From the NCBI GenBank assembly GCA_963727445.1, contig CAVSGI010000009.1:864001-928000 (forward strand): 64,000 bases of DNA, written 5' to 3'. Both the position numbers and the translations under genes were made by a program. The notes beneath the pieces were generated by a model, which searched no databases, was not told where the DNA came from, and saw nothing but the letters and a program-made list of their open reading frames with translations. This document shows positions 35,169 to 45,285 of the stretch, in pieces; the first letter of the stretch is position 1; the number at the start of each line of letters is the position of its first letter. This DNA comes from an uncultured delta proteobacterium. GTDB lineage: Bacteria > Myxococcota_A > Polyangia > Polyangiales > B10-G4.

Positions 35169-35693
35169 GTGTTGGGAAAGCTCTTCCTCCTCTTCACCGT
35201 CGTCCCTTTCGTGGAGCTCTACCTCCTGCTCCTCATCGGTGATCTCGTGGGTTTCTGGCCCACCGTCGCCATCGTCCTGACCACCGGGATCGTTGGCGCG
35301 TGGTTGGCCAAGAAGGAGGGCCTGCGCGTCTATCACAAGTGGCAGGAGGCGCTGGCCGAGTACCGCATGCCCGAAGAGGGCGTGCTCGGAGGAGTGCTGG
35401 TGCTCATCGGCGGCGTCCTCCTCGTGACACCCGGCGTGCTCACCGACATCACCGGCCTGCTCCTGCTCCTGCCGCCGACGCGCAAGCTCATCGCGGCCGT
35501 GGTGCGCAAGCGGATCGAGCGGCGCATCGAGGATGGATCGGTCCGCGTCGTGGGCTTCACGAGCGTCAGCGGCGTGGGCGGGATGGGCGGCGTGCGCCGG
35601 AGCTCCGCCCCGCCAGGGGTGATCGACGTCGAGGGTGAGGTCGTCGAGGAGAAGGCGAAGCAGCCCCCGCGACTTCTCGACGTCGAGGGCTGA
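35169..35693 (+). CDS. fxsA: FxsA family membrane protein
   Basis: LFLLFTVVPFVELYLL...LLVTPGVLTDITGLLLL. Confidence 0.88.
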   Translation: MLGKLFLLFTVVPFVELYLLLLIGDLVGFWPTVAIVLTTGIVGAWLAKKEGLRVYHKWQEALAEYRMPEEGVLGGVLVLIGGVLLVTPGVLTDITGLLLLLPPTRKLIAAVVRKRIERRIEDGSVRVVGFTSVSGVGGMGGVRRSSAPPGVIDVEGEVVEEKAKQPPRLLDVEG

Positions 35694-35733
35694 GGCCCTC
35701 CCTCTGCATGCCGTCCTCGGGTAATGTCGGGGG

Positions 35734-38190
35734 ATGGTGTCCCGTCCCCCCTCCGCTTCTCTCTTCGCGTTCCTCTCGTTCCTCGTCCTGTCCGTCGCCG
35801 GTTGCGACTGCGCGGCGAAGCCGAGCATGACGCCATGCTCGTCGACCGCGGACTGCGCGAGCGGCGAGGCGTGCGTCGACGGCACGTGTGAAGCCGGAGG
35901 CGGTGACACCGGCACCGACGGGACCACGATGTGCCCGGATGGGCGACGTGGCTGCGGCCCCGCGGGCGTTTGCTGTCCCGGCGACCTGGTCTGCGCTTCC
36001 GGCGCCTGCGCGACCGACTGCGGCGGCGCGGCGGCGTGCGGTGGCATGTGCTGCGAGGTTGGCCAGGTGTGCATGGGCGACGCGTGCATCGCCGAGTGCG
36101 CGGACCCGACGCAGCTTTGCGGCGCCTCGAACGAGCTCTGCTGCGCCGACGGAGAGGCGTGCTTGTCGAACGCCTGCGTCACTCTCGGGGGCGCCTGCAC
36201 CACCACCGACGACTGCGAGGTGGACGAGCTCTGCGATCCCGTCCTGATGCGCTGCGTTCCACGTAGCGCGGTCGAGGTCTGCGAGTACCGTCCGCCGATC
36301 GGCGACTTCAACCCGGCCATCGCCTGCCGCTGGCTTCCCGCCGCCGGTGACCGCGTGAACTCGGACGACGTGGTCATGGCGCCCGCGGTCGCCAACCTCA
36401 CCGACGACAACGGCGACGGCGTGACCGACACCCACGACATTCCCGACATCGCCCTGGTGAGCTTCAACCGGCCGGCGGACGGCTGCTGCACCGCGAACGG
36501 AACGCTCCGCATCATCGATGGACGCTGCAACATGGACGGTACGATGAACACCATCGCGACGATCTCGTCGCCCTTCATCGACAACTCGACCGGGATCGCC
36601 CTCGGCAACCTCCACCCGGACACGCATGCCTGACGAGGCCAACCCGGAGATCGTCGCCACCATCCAGCGAAACGGCACCATCGCCTTCCGCCGCACGGCC
36701 GACGACGGGTCGGCCTGGGAGGTGATGTGGCACAACACCATGTACCTGCCGGCTGCGCGCTACAACAGCTCGGGCGCCGCGCCCTCCCTCGCCGACCTCG
36801 ACGGTGACGGGCAGCCCGAGGTCATCGTCGGCAACGTCGTGCTCAACGGGCTCGACGGGTCGTTGGTGTGGGACGGTGACGTGACTGTCGGTCCCAACGC
36901 CGGCGTCGGCAACAACGCCTTCCTCGGCCCGACCTCGACCATCGCCGACCTCGACCTCGACGGGACACCCGAGGTCATCGCCGGCAACACCGTCTACGAC
37001 GGCCCGACCGGCGCCGAGGTCTGGACCTACGACTACACGAGCAGCAACTCCAGCTGCGGGGGAAGCGTCCCCTGCGACGGTTACAACGCCGTCGGCGACT
37101 TCGACGCCGACCCCGAGGGCGAGGTGGTGATCGTCCGGCGCGGGCAGGTCTTCGTCCTCGAGCACGACGGCACCGAGAAAGCCGTGAGTCGACATCCCCA
37201 CGGTCGCCTGCACCAACAACGAGGGCGGCCCGCCCACCGTGGCGGACTTCGACGGCGACGGAAACGCCGAGATCGGCGTCGCCACCGCCGACTTCTACAT
37301 CGTCTTCGATCTGGACTGCACGGGCATGCCGCTGCCGGCCGAATGCGACGCGCAGTACATCCGATGGCGCCAGCGCAACATGGACTGCTCGTCACGCGTC
37401 CACCGGCTCGAGCGTCTTCGACTTCGACGGGGATGGTCGCGCCGAGGTGGTTTACGCCGACGAGCAGGACTTCTACATCTTCGACGGAAACGACGGCACG
37501 ATCCTCTTCGACGATCCGGGCCACACCAGCAACACCCGGATCGAGATGCCCATCGTGGTCGACGTCGACAACGACGGGAAGAGCGAGGTGCTCGTGCCCG
37601 AGGCGCCTCCCACGGACTCCACCCCGGACGGTCTGGTGGTGTGGACCGACGCCGGCAACAACTGGGTGCGCACCCGCCGCATCTGGAACCAGCACACCTA
37701 TCACGTCACCAACATCACCGAGGACGGCCAGGTCCCCCGCATGGAGACGCCCAACTGGTCGATGTCTCGCCTGAACAACTTCCGTCAGAACGTGCAGCCC
37801 TCGGGCGCCTTCGATGCGCCCGACCTCTTCGTGCAGAGCATCGATGTCGAGTCGTGCAACGCGAGCACCAGCACCTTCGAGATCGCGGTGACGGTGGGTA
37901 ACCGCGGCGCGCTGGCGGTCGCGGCTGGCGTTCCGGTGACGGCGACGGCCACCCCTACGGGCGGAATGCCCGAGTCGCTCGGCGTCCAGCGGACGACCGA
38001 CTACATCCTCCCCGGCGGAACGGAGACGCTGATCTTCACCTGGATGCCGAGCGGGGGCTTTTCGTTCATGGACTTCAGGGTCACCGCGCGCGTCGACGAC
38101 GATGGAATGGGCGGCGCCGAATACAACGAGTGCGACGAGGACAACAACGAAGCCACGAGCGACGTGCTCATGGTCTGCTCCTTCGGCTGA
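35734..38190 (+). CDS. Large secreted Cys-rich FG-GAP/VCBS-repeat protein with CARDB-like C-terminus; frameshifts near 36625, 37190 and 37400
   Basis: Repeated ADLDGDGxPEV/DFDGDG motifs over four frame segments; IWNQHTYHVTN; ECDEDNN. Confidence 0.8.
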
Positions 38191-38191
38191 T

Positions 38192-39100
38192 TCAGCCGTC
38201 GGCGAGCGCGGCGTCGGCGAGCGGGGCGGCGTCGCGGGTGGTGAGCGAGTGGTCGTAGCGGTGGGCGCGGATGCCCTCTTCGCGGAAGCGCAGAGCGAGC
38301 TCGGTGCGGACGTCGTGGGTGAGCATCCAGGCGTTGGCGGGACCGTCGGCCCATCCGGCGACCCAGCACTGGATGCCCTCCTTGGCGGTCTCCATCACCC
38401 AGAAGCGGGGTTCTTCGTAGGGCGCGAAGTGCTCGCTCGCGCGCGTCGCCTCGATGGCGATCTCCTTCACCCGCGTCAAGTCGGTGTCGTAGGAGACCCA
38501 GAACTCGACGTAGGGCCACAGGTAGTGATCGAAGATGGTGTAGTTGAGGATCTTCGACTGGAGCATCTGCGCGTTGGGGATGACGTAGCGCTTCCAGTCC
38601 CAGCGCTTCAGCGTGGTGTGGGTGATGGTGATGTCTTCGATGGTTCCGTAGTGACCATCGAGGACGACCGTGTCGCCGATGCGGAGCACCCTCGAAAAGG
38701 AGATGGTCAGGCCGGCGATGGCATTTTCGATCACCGGGCGGGCGGCGACGCCGATGGTCACGGTGATCACCGCAGCGACCACGGAGACGAGCGCCGCCGG
38801 CACCAGGGTGAGGAAGGGGAGGCTCAACACCAGCGCCGTCACCAGGATGACCATCGGGATCGCGAGGCGCCGCGTCACCGTGAATCGGCTCTCGATGCTC
38901 TCGATGGCCCGCTCCGTCGCCTGCCTTTGCAGGTTCTCGACCGGGCCATCACCGTCCACCGCAGCGGTCAGGTCGCGCCGCTCGACGAGCCGCACGCGTT
39001 TGTCTGCGTTACGGCGGAGCGCGTACAAGACTCGAATCAAGGTCAGGAGCCCTACGGCGCTGACGATGGCGACGTATGCGTGGAGGGGGTCGAGCTGCAT
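38192..39100 (-). CDS. Small-conductance mechanosensitive channel (MscS family)
   Basis: ENAIAGL...RIGDTV..GTIEDI..T.....IPN; TM N-terminus. Confidence 0.87.
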   Translation of the reverse strand: MQLDPLHAYVAIVSAVGLLTLIRVLYALRRNADKRVRLVERRDLTAAVDGDGPVENLQRQATERAIESIESRFTVTRRLAIPMVILVTALVLSLPFLTLVPAALVSVVAAVITVTIGVAARPVIENAIAGLTISFSRVLRIGDTVVLDGHYGTIEDITITHTTLKRWDWKRYVIPNAQMLQSKILNYTIFDHYLWPYVEFWVSYDTDLTRVKEIAIEATRASEHFAPYEEPRFWVMETAKEGIQCWVAGWADGPANAWMLTHDVRTELALRFREEGIRAHRYDHSLTTRDAAPLADAALADG

Positions 39101-39150
39101 GTACGCGCCGCAGTGTGGCGCGGCCGACGCTCCCTGTCGATGGTCGCAGC

Positions 39151-40467
39151 TCAGTCGCTCTCCGCCGCCTCCCAGCGGAGCTCGCTCGCCGCGGCGCGAA
39201 GCTCCACACCGCAGAGCGTCAGCACGAAGTCGGTCCCGTCGCTGTCGAGCTCGGGGTTGGCGCGGTCGTCCATGGTGGGGACGACGCGCAGCGGACCGAC
39301 CGGCTCTTCAGCGCCGACGTCGAAGGCCTCGACCACCGCCACGCGGCTGCCGGGCGGGTAGCGCAAGAGCATGGACCGGCCGCCGACCCGCGCCAGACCG
39401 AGGCGTGACGGTCCGATCGGCTGCTGAACCGGCGCCGCGCAGCGCGTCCCCTCCGGCCTGTCGAGGCTGCATTCGAAGAGCCGCGCCTCCGCGTCGCCCG
39501 CGTAAGCGAGGGTCGGGCCGTCGTCGCTGCAGGCGAGATGGACCTCCCGCCCGTCCTCGCCGCGGAGCGCTACGGCGAGCGCTTCATCACCGACCTGCTC
39601 ACGGCTCAGCACCTCGTGCTCCGGGCCGAGGGCGATCCAGTGCACGCTGCTTTCCGTCGCGAGGACGAGGTGAGAGCTCGACGCGGCGCCGCACGCCCTC
39701 AGCCTGCGCCACGCATCCTCCTCGCTGGCGCCTCGGGCGACGACCACCGGCGCGTCCGCGCCTTCGTCGCGCACTTCGATCTGCCCGTCGGGCCTCGCCC
39801 GAAAGCTGTAAAGCGTCCCGCCCACCCGCGCGGCGTCCGCGAGCGGGTCGTCCGCACCGATGCTCAGATTCACCGCGGTGGTCGGACAGTCGTCGCCGCG
39901 GACGAATGCAGGGAGCACTTCCTCGTCCCACGGCGCGACGGGCGCGGTCGCCTCCGGAAAAGGCGAACCTTCGCCCCCGTAGCTCGACCAGAGCGAGGCG
40001 ACGTCCGCGTCGACGCGCATCACGAGCGCGGCGAGCGCGCGCAGCTCGCGGAACGAAAAGGGCCGGCGGCCATCGTCGTCGGCGAAGGGCGTCTCGTAGG
40101 GGCCGGGCACGGGTGCGCCCGCCTCTGGCGGCCTCAGCGCGGAGAGCTCCTCGAGCGTTGCGTGCGCTTCGGAGAAGCACGTGAATGGATAGTGCGCCGA
40201 AGGCGGCGCGAGGGCCAGTGAGCGATCCCGGGCGCGCACCATGGACAGGGCGAGCGCCTCGGCGTCTTCGTCGCTTCCCGGAGGCGCGTTCGTCAGACAC
40301 CAGCGCACGTCACTCCAGCGCTGGGCAAGCGCGCCGACCTCCGCGAGGAACGCGCGCTTCGCCATCCACCGCTGGTAGTGCTTCATCAGGGCCCACCCGC
40401 CGCCGGCGAGCATCAGGACCGCGACGAGGCCGATCGCCCATCCGCTCCGGTCGTTTTTTCGCACCAC
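39151..40467 (-). CDS. Hypothetical membrane-anchored protein
   Basis: Long ORF, N-terminal TM helix. Confidence 0.6.
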   Translation of the reverse strand: MVRKNDRSGWAIGLVAVLMLAGGGWALMKHYQRWMAKRAFLAEVGALAQRWSDVRWCLTNAPPGSDEDAEALALSMVRARDRSLALAPPSAHYPFTCFSEAHATLEELSALRPPEAGAPVPGPYETPFADDDGRRPFSFRELRALAALVMRVDADVASLWSSYGGEGSPFPEATAPVAPWDEEVLPAFVRGDDCPTTAVNLSIGADDPLADAARVGGTLYSFRARPDGQIEVRDEGADAPVVVARGASEEDAWRRLRACGAASSSHLVLATESSVHWIALGPEHEVLSREQVGDEALAVALRGEDGREVHLACSDDGPTLAYAGDAEARLFECSLDRPEGTRCAAPVQQPIGPSRLGLARVGGRSMLLRYPPGSRVAVVEAFDVGAEEPVGPLRVVPTMDDRANPELDSDGTDFVLTLCGVELRAAASELRWEAAESD

Positions 40468-40537
40468 GGCGCGACTCTACCTGGTTCTCTCCGGGTGCGC
40501 GTGGACGTGGCAATCGATGGGCGCTATAGCCGCCGCC

Positions 40538-43282
40538 ATGGCTCGCACGCGCATCTCCACCCTCGTCGCCCTCGTGCTCTTCGCCGCTTCCTGTGGAGGT
40601 GGCGTCGCGACCGGGCCCTCCATCGCCCAGGAAGAAGCGGACCTGCCCGACACGCCGCCCGAGGAGGACCCGCCCCTCGGCCGACTCCCCGAGGACGTGA
40701 CGCCGAAGCACTACGAGGTGAAGCTCCGCGTCGTCCCGACCGAGGAGCGCTTCAGCGGAACCGTCGACATCCTCGCGACCCTCGATGCGCCGCGGAACGT
40801 GATCTGGATGCACGGACGGGACCTCGCGGTGTCGGCGGTGACGGTGACGCCCGCGGGCGGAGAGCCCATCGACGCGGCCTGGGAGCAGGTGGACGAAGAG
40901 GGTGTGGTCGCGGTGCGGCTCGATTCGGTCATCCAGCCCGGTGACGCGATGATCCATGTCGAGTACGACGCTCCCTTCAACCGGCAGCTCGAAGGGCTCT
41001 ACCGCGTGGACACCGCCGGCGAGAGCTACGCTTTCACCCAGATGGAGGCGATCAGCGCGCGGCGCGCCTTCCCTGGCTTCGACGAGCCCCGCTTCAAGGT
41101 GCCCTTCGACTTCACCCTCGAGGTGAAGGCCGACCACGTGGCTGCGGCCAACACTCAGGCTGCCTCCGAAGAGGAGATCGGCGGCGGGATGAAGCGCGTG
41201 CGCTTCGCGACCACCGAGCCGATGCCGACCTATCTGGTGGCCTTCGCCGTCGGGCCCCTCGACGTGGTCGTCGGCGATCCGATCCCGCCCAACGACGCCC
41301 GCCGGCGGCCGCTCCCTTTCCGCGGGCTCGCGGTGAAGGGACAGGGGGAGCGCCTGGCGTACGCGCTCGAGAACACGCCTGCGATCCTGGCGCAGCTCGA
41401 GACCTACTTCGGCATCGCGTACCCCTACGACAAGCTCGACATCGTCGCCGTGCCCGACTTCGGCGCCGGCGCCATGGAGAACATCGGCCTGGTGACCTTC
41501 CGCGAGTGGCTGCTCCTGGTCGACCCGGAGGAGGCCGAGGAGGACCAGAAGCGCGCCTTCGCCGGGGTGATGGCCCACGAGCTGGCCCACATGTGGTTCG
41601 GCAACCTGGTCACGATGCCCTGGTGGAACGACATCTGGCTCAACGAGGCCTTCGCGACCTGGATGGCGAGCAAGGTGATCCGCGCCCTCTACCCGCAGTA
41701 CCGCGCCGACGTGAGCCAGCTCGTTCGTGTCGAGGGCGCGATGGAGCCCGACAGCCTCACCACCGCGCGCCGCATCCGTCAGCCGATCGAGAGCAACCAC
41801 GACATCCGGAACGCCTTCGACGCCATCACCTACTCGAAGGGTGGCGGCGTTCTCGAGATGTTCGAGCGTTGGATGGGCGTCGACACCTTCCGCGAGGGCT
41901 TGCGCCTCTACATGAACGACCATCGCTTCGGCAACGCGACCGCCGAGGATCTCTTCGCGGCGCTCAGCCAGGCGTCGAACCGCGACGTCGCCACGCCCTT
42001 TTCGACCTTCGTCGATCAGCCAGGCGTTCCGACGGTCGCCGTGACGCTCTCCTGCGAAGGCGACACCCACGAGCTCCGCCTCGCGCAGTCGCGCTATCTG
42101 CCCGTGGGCTCCGAGGGTGACCGCAACGAGACCTGGGAGATCCCCCTCTGCGCCCGCTATCCGGTCGACGGTGAGGTCCAGCAGAGCTGCGAGCTCCTCA
42201 CCCAGGCCCAGGGCACCCTCGCTCTCGAAGGGGAGGCATGCCCCGATTGGGTCATGCCGAACGCCGACGGCGCCGGCTACTTCCGCTTCACGCTCCCGTC
42301 GGCGCAGCTCGAGAGCCTGAGGACCCACGGCCTCTCCGAGCTCACGGCGCGGGAGCGCCTGGCCGTCGCCGACAGCCTGAAGGGGGGCTTCGAGAGCGCC
42401 GAGCTGCCGGCGGCCGACGTGCTCGCCGCGCTCTCGCCCCTCGTCCGCGACGAGGTCCGGCAGGTGGCTGTGGCCCCGATGGACGTGATCCGCTTCGTGC
42501 GCCGGCGCATCACGACCGGCGAGGAGAAGGAGCGCCTCGACGTGTGGGCGCGGCGCCTCTATCAACCGACGTATCGGCGGCTCGGCTGGGCGCCGCGACG
42601 CGGTCGCACCGAAGACGGCGAGACCGCGCTCTTGCGCGCCGACGTCATCAACTTCCTCGCCATGAGCGTGGAGGACCCGGCGGTGCGTCGCGAGGCTGTG
42701 CGCCGCGGACGCGCCTACGTCGGCTTTGGCGGCGATGGCGAGATCCATCCGGACGCCGTCGACCCGAACCTCGCGGACGTCGCGCTGGGCGTCGCGGTCC
42801 AGGAGGGCGACGCCGCGTTCTTCGAAGCACTTCTCGAAAAGTTCGTCGCTTCCTCCGACGCGACGCTGCGCAATCGCCTCCTGGGCGCGCTCTCCAAGGC
42901 CAAGAGCGAAGAGCTCTCCGCGCGCGCCATCGCGCTCACCCTCGATGATCGCCTCCGCGTCAACGAGATGTTCACGCCGCTGATGACGCAGCTCAGCATG
43001 GAGGAGACCCGCGAGCGTGCCTGGGCCTGGCTGCAGCAGAACTTCGACGCCTTCGTCGAGCGCGCCGGCCCGGGGCGCGCCGGGTACACGCCCTTCGTCG
43101 CGACCTCCTTCTGCGACGCCGGCCGGGTGGAGGAGATGCAGGCGTTCTTCGGCCCGCGCGTCGACGAGCTCCCGGGTGGTCCCCGCAATCTCGCGACCGC
43201 CCTCGAGGCGATGCGCCTCTGCGCTGCCCGCGTGGACGCGCAGCGACAGTCCACTGCGCAGTTCCTTTCCCGGCGTCGCTGA
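40538..43282 (+). CDS. M1-family aminopeptidase lipoprotein (ERAP1-like C-terminus)
   Basis: GAMEN, HELAH...WLNEAFA (HEXXH-X18-E); lipobox AASC. Confidence 0.95.
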   Translation: MARTRISTLVALVLFAASCGGGVATGPSIAQEEADLPDTPPEEDPPLGRLPEDVTPKHYEVKLRVVPTEERFSGTVDILATLDAPRNVIWMHGRDLAVSAVTVTPAGGEPIDAAWEQVDEEGVVAVRLDSVIQPGDAMIHVEYDAPFNRQLEGLYRVDTAGESYAFTQMEAISARRAFPGFDEPRFKVPFDFTLEVKADHVAAANTQAASEEEIGGGMKRVRFATTEPMPTYLVAFAVGPLDVVVGDPIPPNDARRRPLPFRGLAVKGQGERLAYALENTPAILAQLETYFGIAYPYDKLDIVAVPDFGAGAMENIGLVTFREWLLLVDPEEAEEDQKRAFAGVMAHELAHMWFGNLVTMPWWNDIWLNEAFATWMASKVIRALYPQYRADVSQLVRVEGAMEPDSLTTARRIRQPIESNHDIRNAFDAITYSKGGGVLEMFERWMGVDTFREGLRLYMNDHRFGNATAEDLFAALSQASNRDVATPFSTFVDQPGVPTVAVTLSCEGDTHELRLAQSRYLPVGSEGDRNETWEIPLCARYPVDGEVQQSCELLTQAQGTLALEGEACPDWVMPNADGAGYFRFTLPSAQLESLRTHGLSELTARERLAVADSLKGGFESAELPAADVLAALSPLVRDEVRQVAVAPMDVIRFVRRRITTGEEKERLDVWARRLYQPTYRRLGWAPRRGRTEDGETALLRADVINFLAMSVEDPAVRREAVRRGRAYVGFGGDGEIHPDAVDPNLADVALGVAVQEGDAAFFEALLEKFVASSDATLRNRLLGALSKAKSEELSARAIALTLDDRLRVNEMFTPLMTQLSMEETRERAWAWLQQNFDAFVERAGPGRAGYTPFVATSFCDAGRVEEMQAFFGPRVDELPGGPRNLATALEAMRLCAARVDAQRQSTAQFLSRRR

Positions 43283-43332
43283 GCCAGGACCGCCCACCAC
43301 CCGTCGTTTTCGCCCGATTTCCGCGCGAAAGC

Positions 43333-44613
43333 GTGTCAACGCGTGCCATTCGGGCTGGCCCGATCCGTGCTTCGTCGTCTGGCGTGCCCTCTCGGCCCGC
43401 CGCGCTCGTGCTCCTCTGGCTCTCTGGCTGTTACCAATCCCACGGGCTCCCCGAGGGCGAGCCGCCGCCGGAGACCGCCGACGCAGGCCCGGACGTCACC
43501 GATGCCGGCCCGGACGCGCTCGATGCGCTCCCCGACGTCCCCACCGACACGAGGACCTGCGAGGACGCGGGCCCCATCGAGCCGGGCGTGGAGCTGCTGG
43601 TGGACATGCTCTTCGTCGTCGACAGCTCGGGCTCCATGTCGGAGGAGCAGGCCGCGCTCGCGCGCGAGTTCCCGCGCATGGTGCGGATGCTCGTCACGGG
43701 GGATCTCGACGAGGACGGGCGTGCAGAGTTCGAGCCCGTGACAGACCTGCGCGTCGGCGTCATCACCACCGAGCTCTCCACGCACGGCATCGCGGTGCCC
43801 GGCTGCTCGGCGGACGTCCTCGACGGCGACGACGGCGCGCTTCGGACCCACGGCTACTGGTGGCGCGACGAGTGCCGTCGTCATTACCCATCGTTCCTCT
43901 CGTTTCGCGCAGAGGAGGGGGGCGCCGACCGTTTCGTCGCCGACTTCTCGTGTGTCGCCCAGGTCGGAAACGAAGGCTGCGGCATCGAGCAGCCACTCGA
44001 AGCGGCGCTCAAGGCGCTCACGCCTTCCACATCGGAGATCACCTTCGTCGATGGGACGGGGCGCCGCGACCTCGACAACACCGGCTTCGTCCGCGACGAC
44101 GCGGTGCTCGCGGTGGTCGTGGTCACCGACGAGGACGACTGCTCGGTGGCGGACCCCGAGCTCTACGACCTCGAGTCGGAGCGCTATCCCTTCGACCCGA
44201 TGACGGGCAACCTCCGCTGCTTCTCGTATCCCGAGGCGCTGACGCCGACCCGCCGCTACCTCGACGGTTTCCGGGGTTTCAAGGAAGACCCGAACGACTT
44301 CTTCTTCGCCGCCATCACCGGCGTGCCTCCGGACCTCGTCAACGACGCCACCGACATCGACTACGACGCGCTCCGCGCAGACCCGCGCATGGTGCCCCGC
44401 CCCGACCCGGCGCGCCCACAGGAGCGCCTCGCGCCCGCGTGTGACGTCGTGGGCATCGGCTTCGCGGCGCCCGCCGTGCGGCTCCTCGACGTCGTCCAAG
44501 GTCTGGGACAGAACGCGACGATTCGCTCCATCTGCGACGACACCTTCACCGAGGCGCTCGGCGGGATCACCTCTCAGCTCGGCCGGGTGATCCGGCGACA
44601 CCACTGCCGCTGA
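43333..44613 (+). CDS. vWA-domain lipoprotein (myxobacterial adhesin-like)
   Basis: Lipobox LSGC; DMLFVVDSSGSM MIDAS motif; VVTDEDDCS; start uncertain. Confidence 0.78.
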   Translation: MSTRAIRAGPIRASSSGVPSRPAALVLLWLSGCYQSHGLPEGEPPPETADAGPDVTDAGPDALDALPDVPTDTRTCEDAGPIEPGVELLVDMLFVVDSSGSMSEEQAALAREFPRMVRMLVTGDLDEDGRAEFEPVTDLRVGVITTELSTHGIAVPGCSADVLDGDDGALRTHGYWWRDECRRHYPSFLSFRAEEGGADRFVADFSCVAQVGNEGCGIEQPLEAALKALTPSTSEITFVDGTGRRDLDNTGFVRDDAVLAVVVVTDEDDCSVADPELYDLESERYPFDPMTGNLRCFSYPEALTPTRRYLDGFRGFKEDPNDFFFAAITGVPPDLVNDATDIDYDALRADPRMVPRPDPARPQERLAPACDVVGIGFAAPAVRLLDVVQGLGQNATIRSICDDTFTEALGGITSQLGRVIRRHHCR

Positions 44614-44733
44614 GGGTGCCGCTCGCCTCACGGCCCCTACCGCTCGGGCCGTCGCGTGCGCCGTTCGTCGCCCGGTCGCGGCGCGGCGAGCGCGGGCGCC
44701 ACAGCTTGGCGCGTGACCACGAAAGGAGGTCGC

Positions 44734-45285
44734 GTGCCACGAATCCTCACTCCTCTCCTCGCCTATCTCATCTTCGCCGCCTGGGCGCCGGCGGCGCATG
44801 CACAGAGCCCGGGGCGCCTCGAGCTCAGCTTCGACGGCGGCTACGGCGGCGGCTCGGAAGGCGGCTACGGCGAGCTGGCCATGGACTTCCGCGCCTACGC
44901 GCCGAGCGGCGTCGGCGGCGTCGTGCGGGCGGGGGTCGCGACGCAGATCTTCAGCAACGCCTTCGCGTTGGATCTGGGCGTTTCACTTCGGCTGAATCTC
45001 GCCGGTGACGAGAGCGGCGGCCTCGCACTCACCGGAGCCGTCGGACCGAGCGTCGCCTACGGGCCCTTCGACATCGACTGGGTCGATGCCTGGGGCGGCT
45101 TCGCGATGCTCGGCCTCGACTACTGGCATCGCCACTTCCTGATCGGGCTGGGCGTGACGGGGCACCTCCTGGTCGCCTCGTCTCACGACCGGCAGGCGAG
45201 CTGGGCGGGCGAAGAGCCGGGGCGCAACGATCCGATCATGACGCTCGCGCCGATGCTGCGCGTCGGTTGGGCGTGGGGAAACTGA
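44734..45285 (+). CDS. Secreted hypothetical protein, probable small outer-membrane beta-barrel
   Basis: AAGGAGG SD, signal peptide AHA-Q, amphipathic strands, C-terminal VGWAW. Confidence 0.65.
   Translation: MPRILTPLLAYLIFAAWAPAAHAQSPGRLELSFDGGYGGGSEGGYGELAMDFRAYAPSGVGGVVRAGVATQIFSNAFALDLGVSLRLNLAGDESGGLALTGAVGPSVAYGPFDIDWVDAWGGFAMLGLDYWHRHFLIGLGVTGHLLVASSHDRQASWAGEEPGRNDPIMTLAPMLRVGWAWGN

Noticed and set aside
40310..43339. Very long antisense ORFs (1009 aa here; also 15402..17336, 18753..20771, 50654..52468)
   Set aside because: Shadow frames of high-GC genes that have clear motifs on the other strand.
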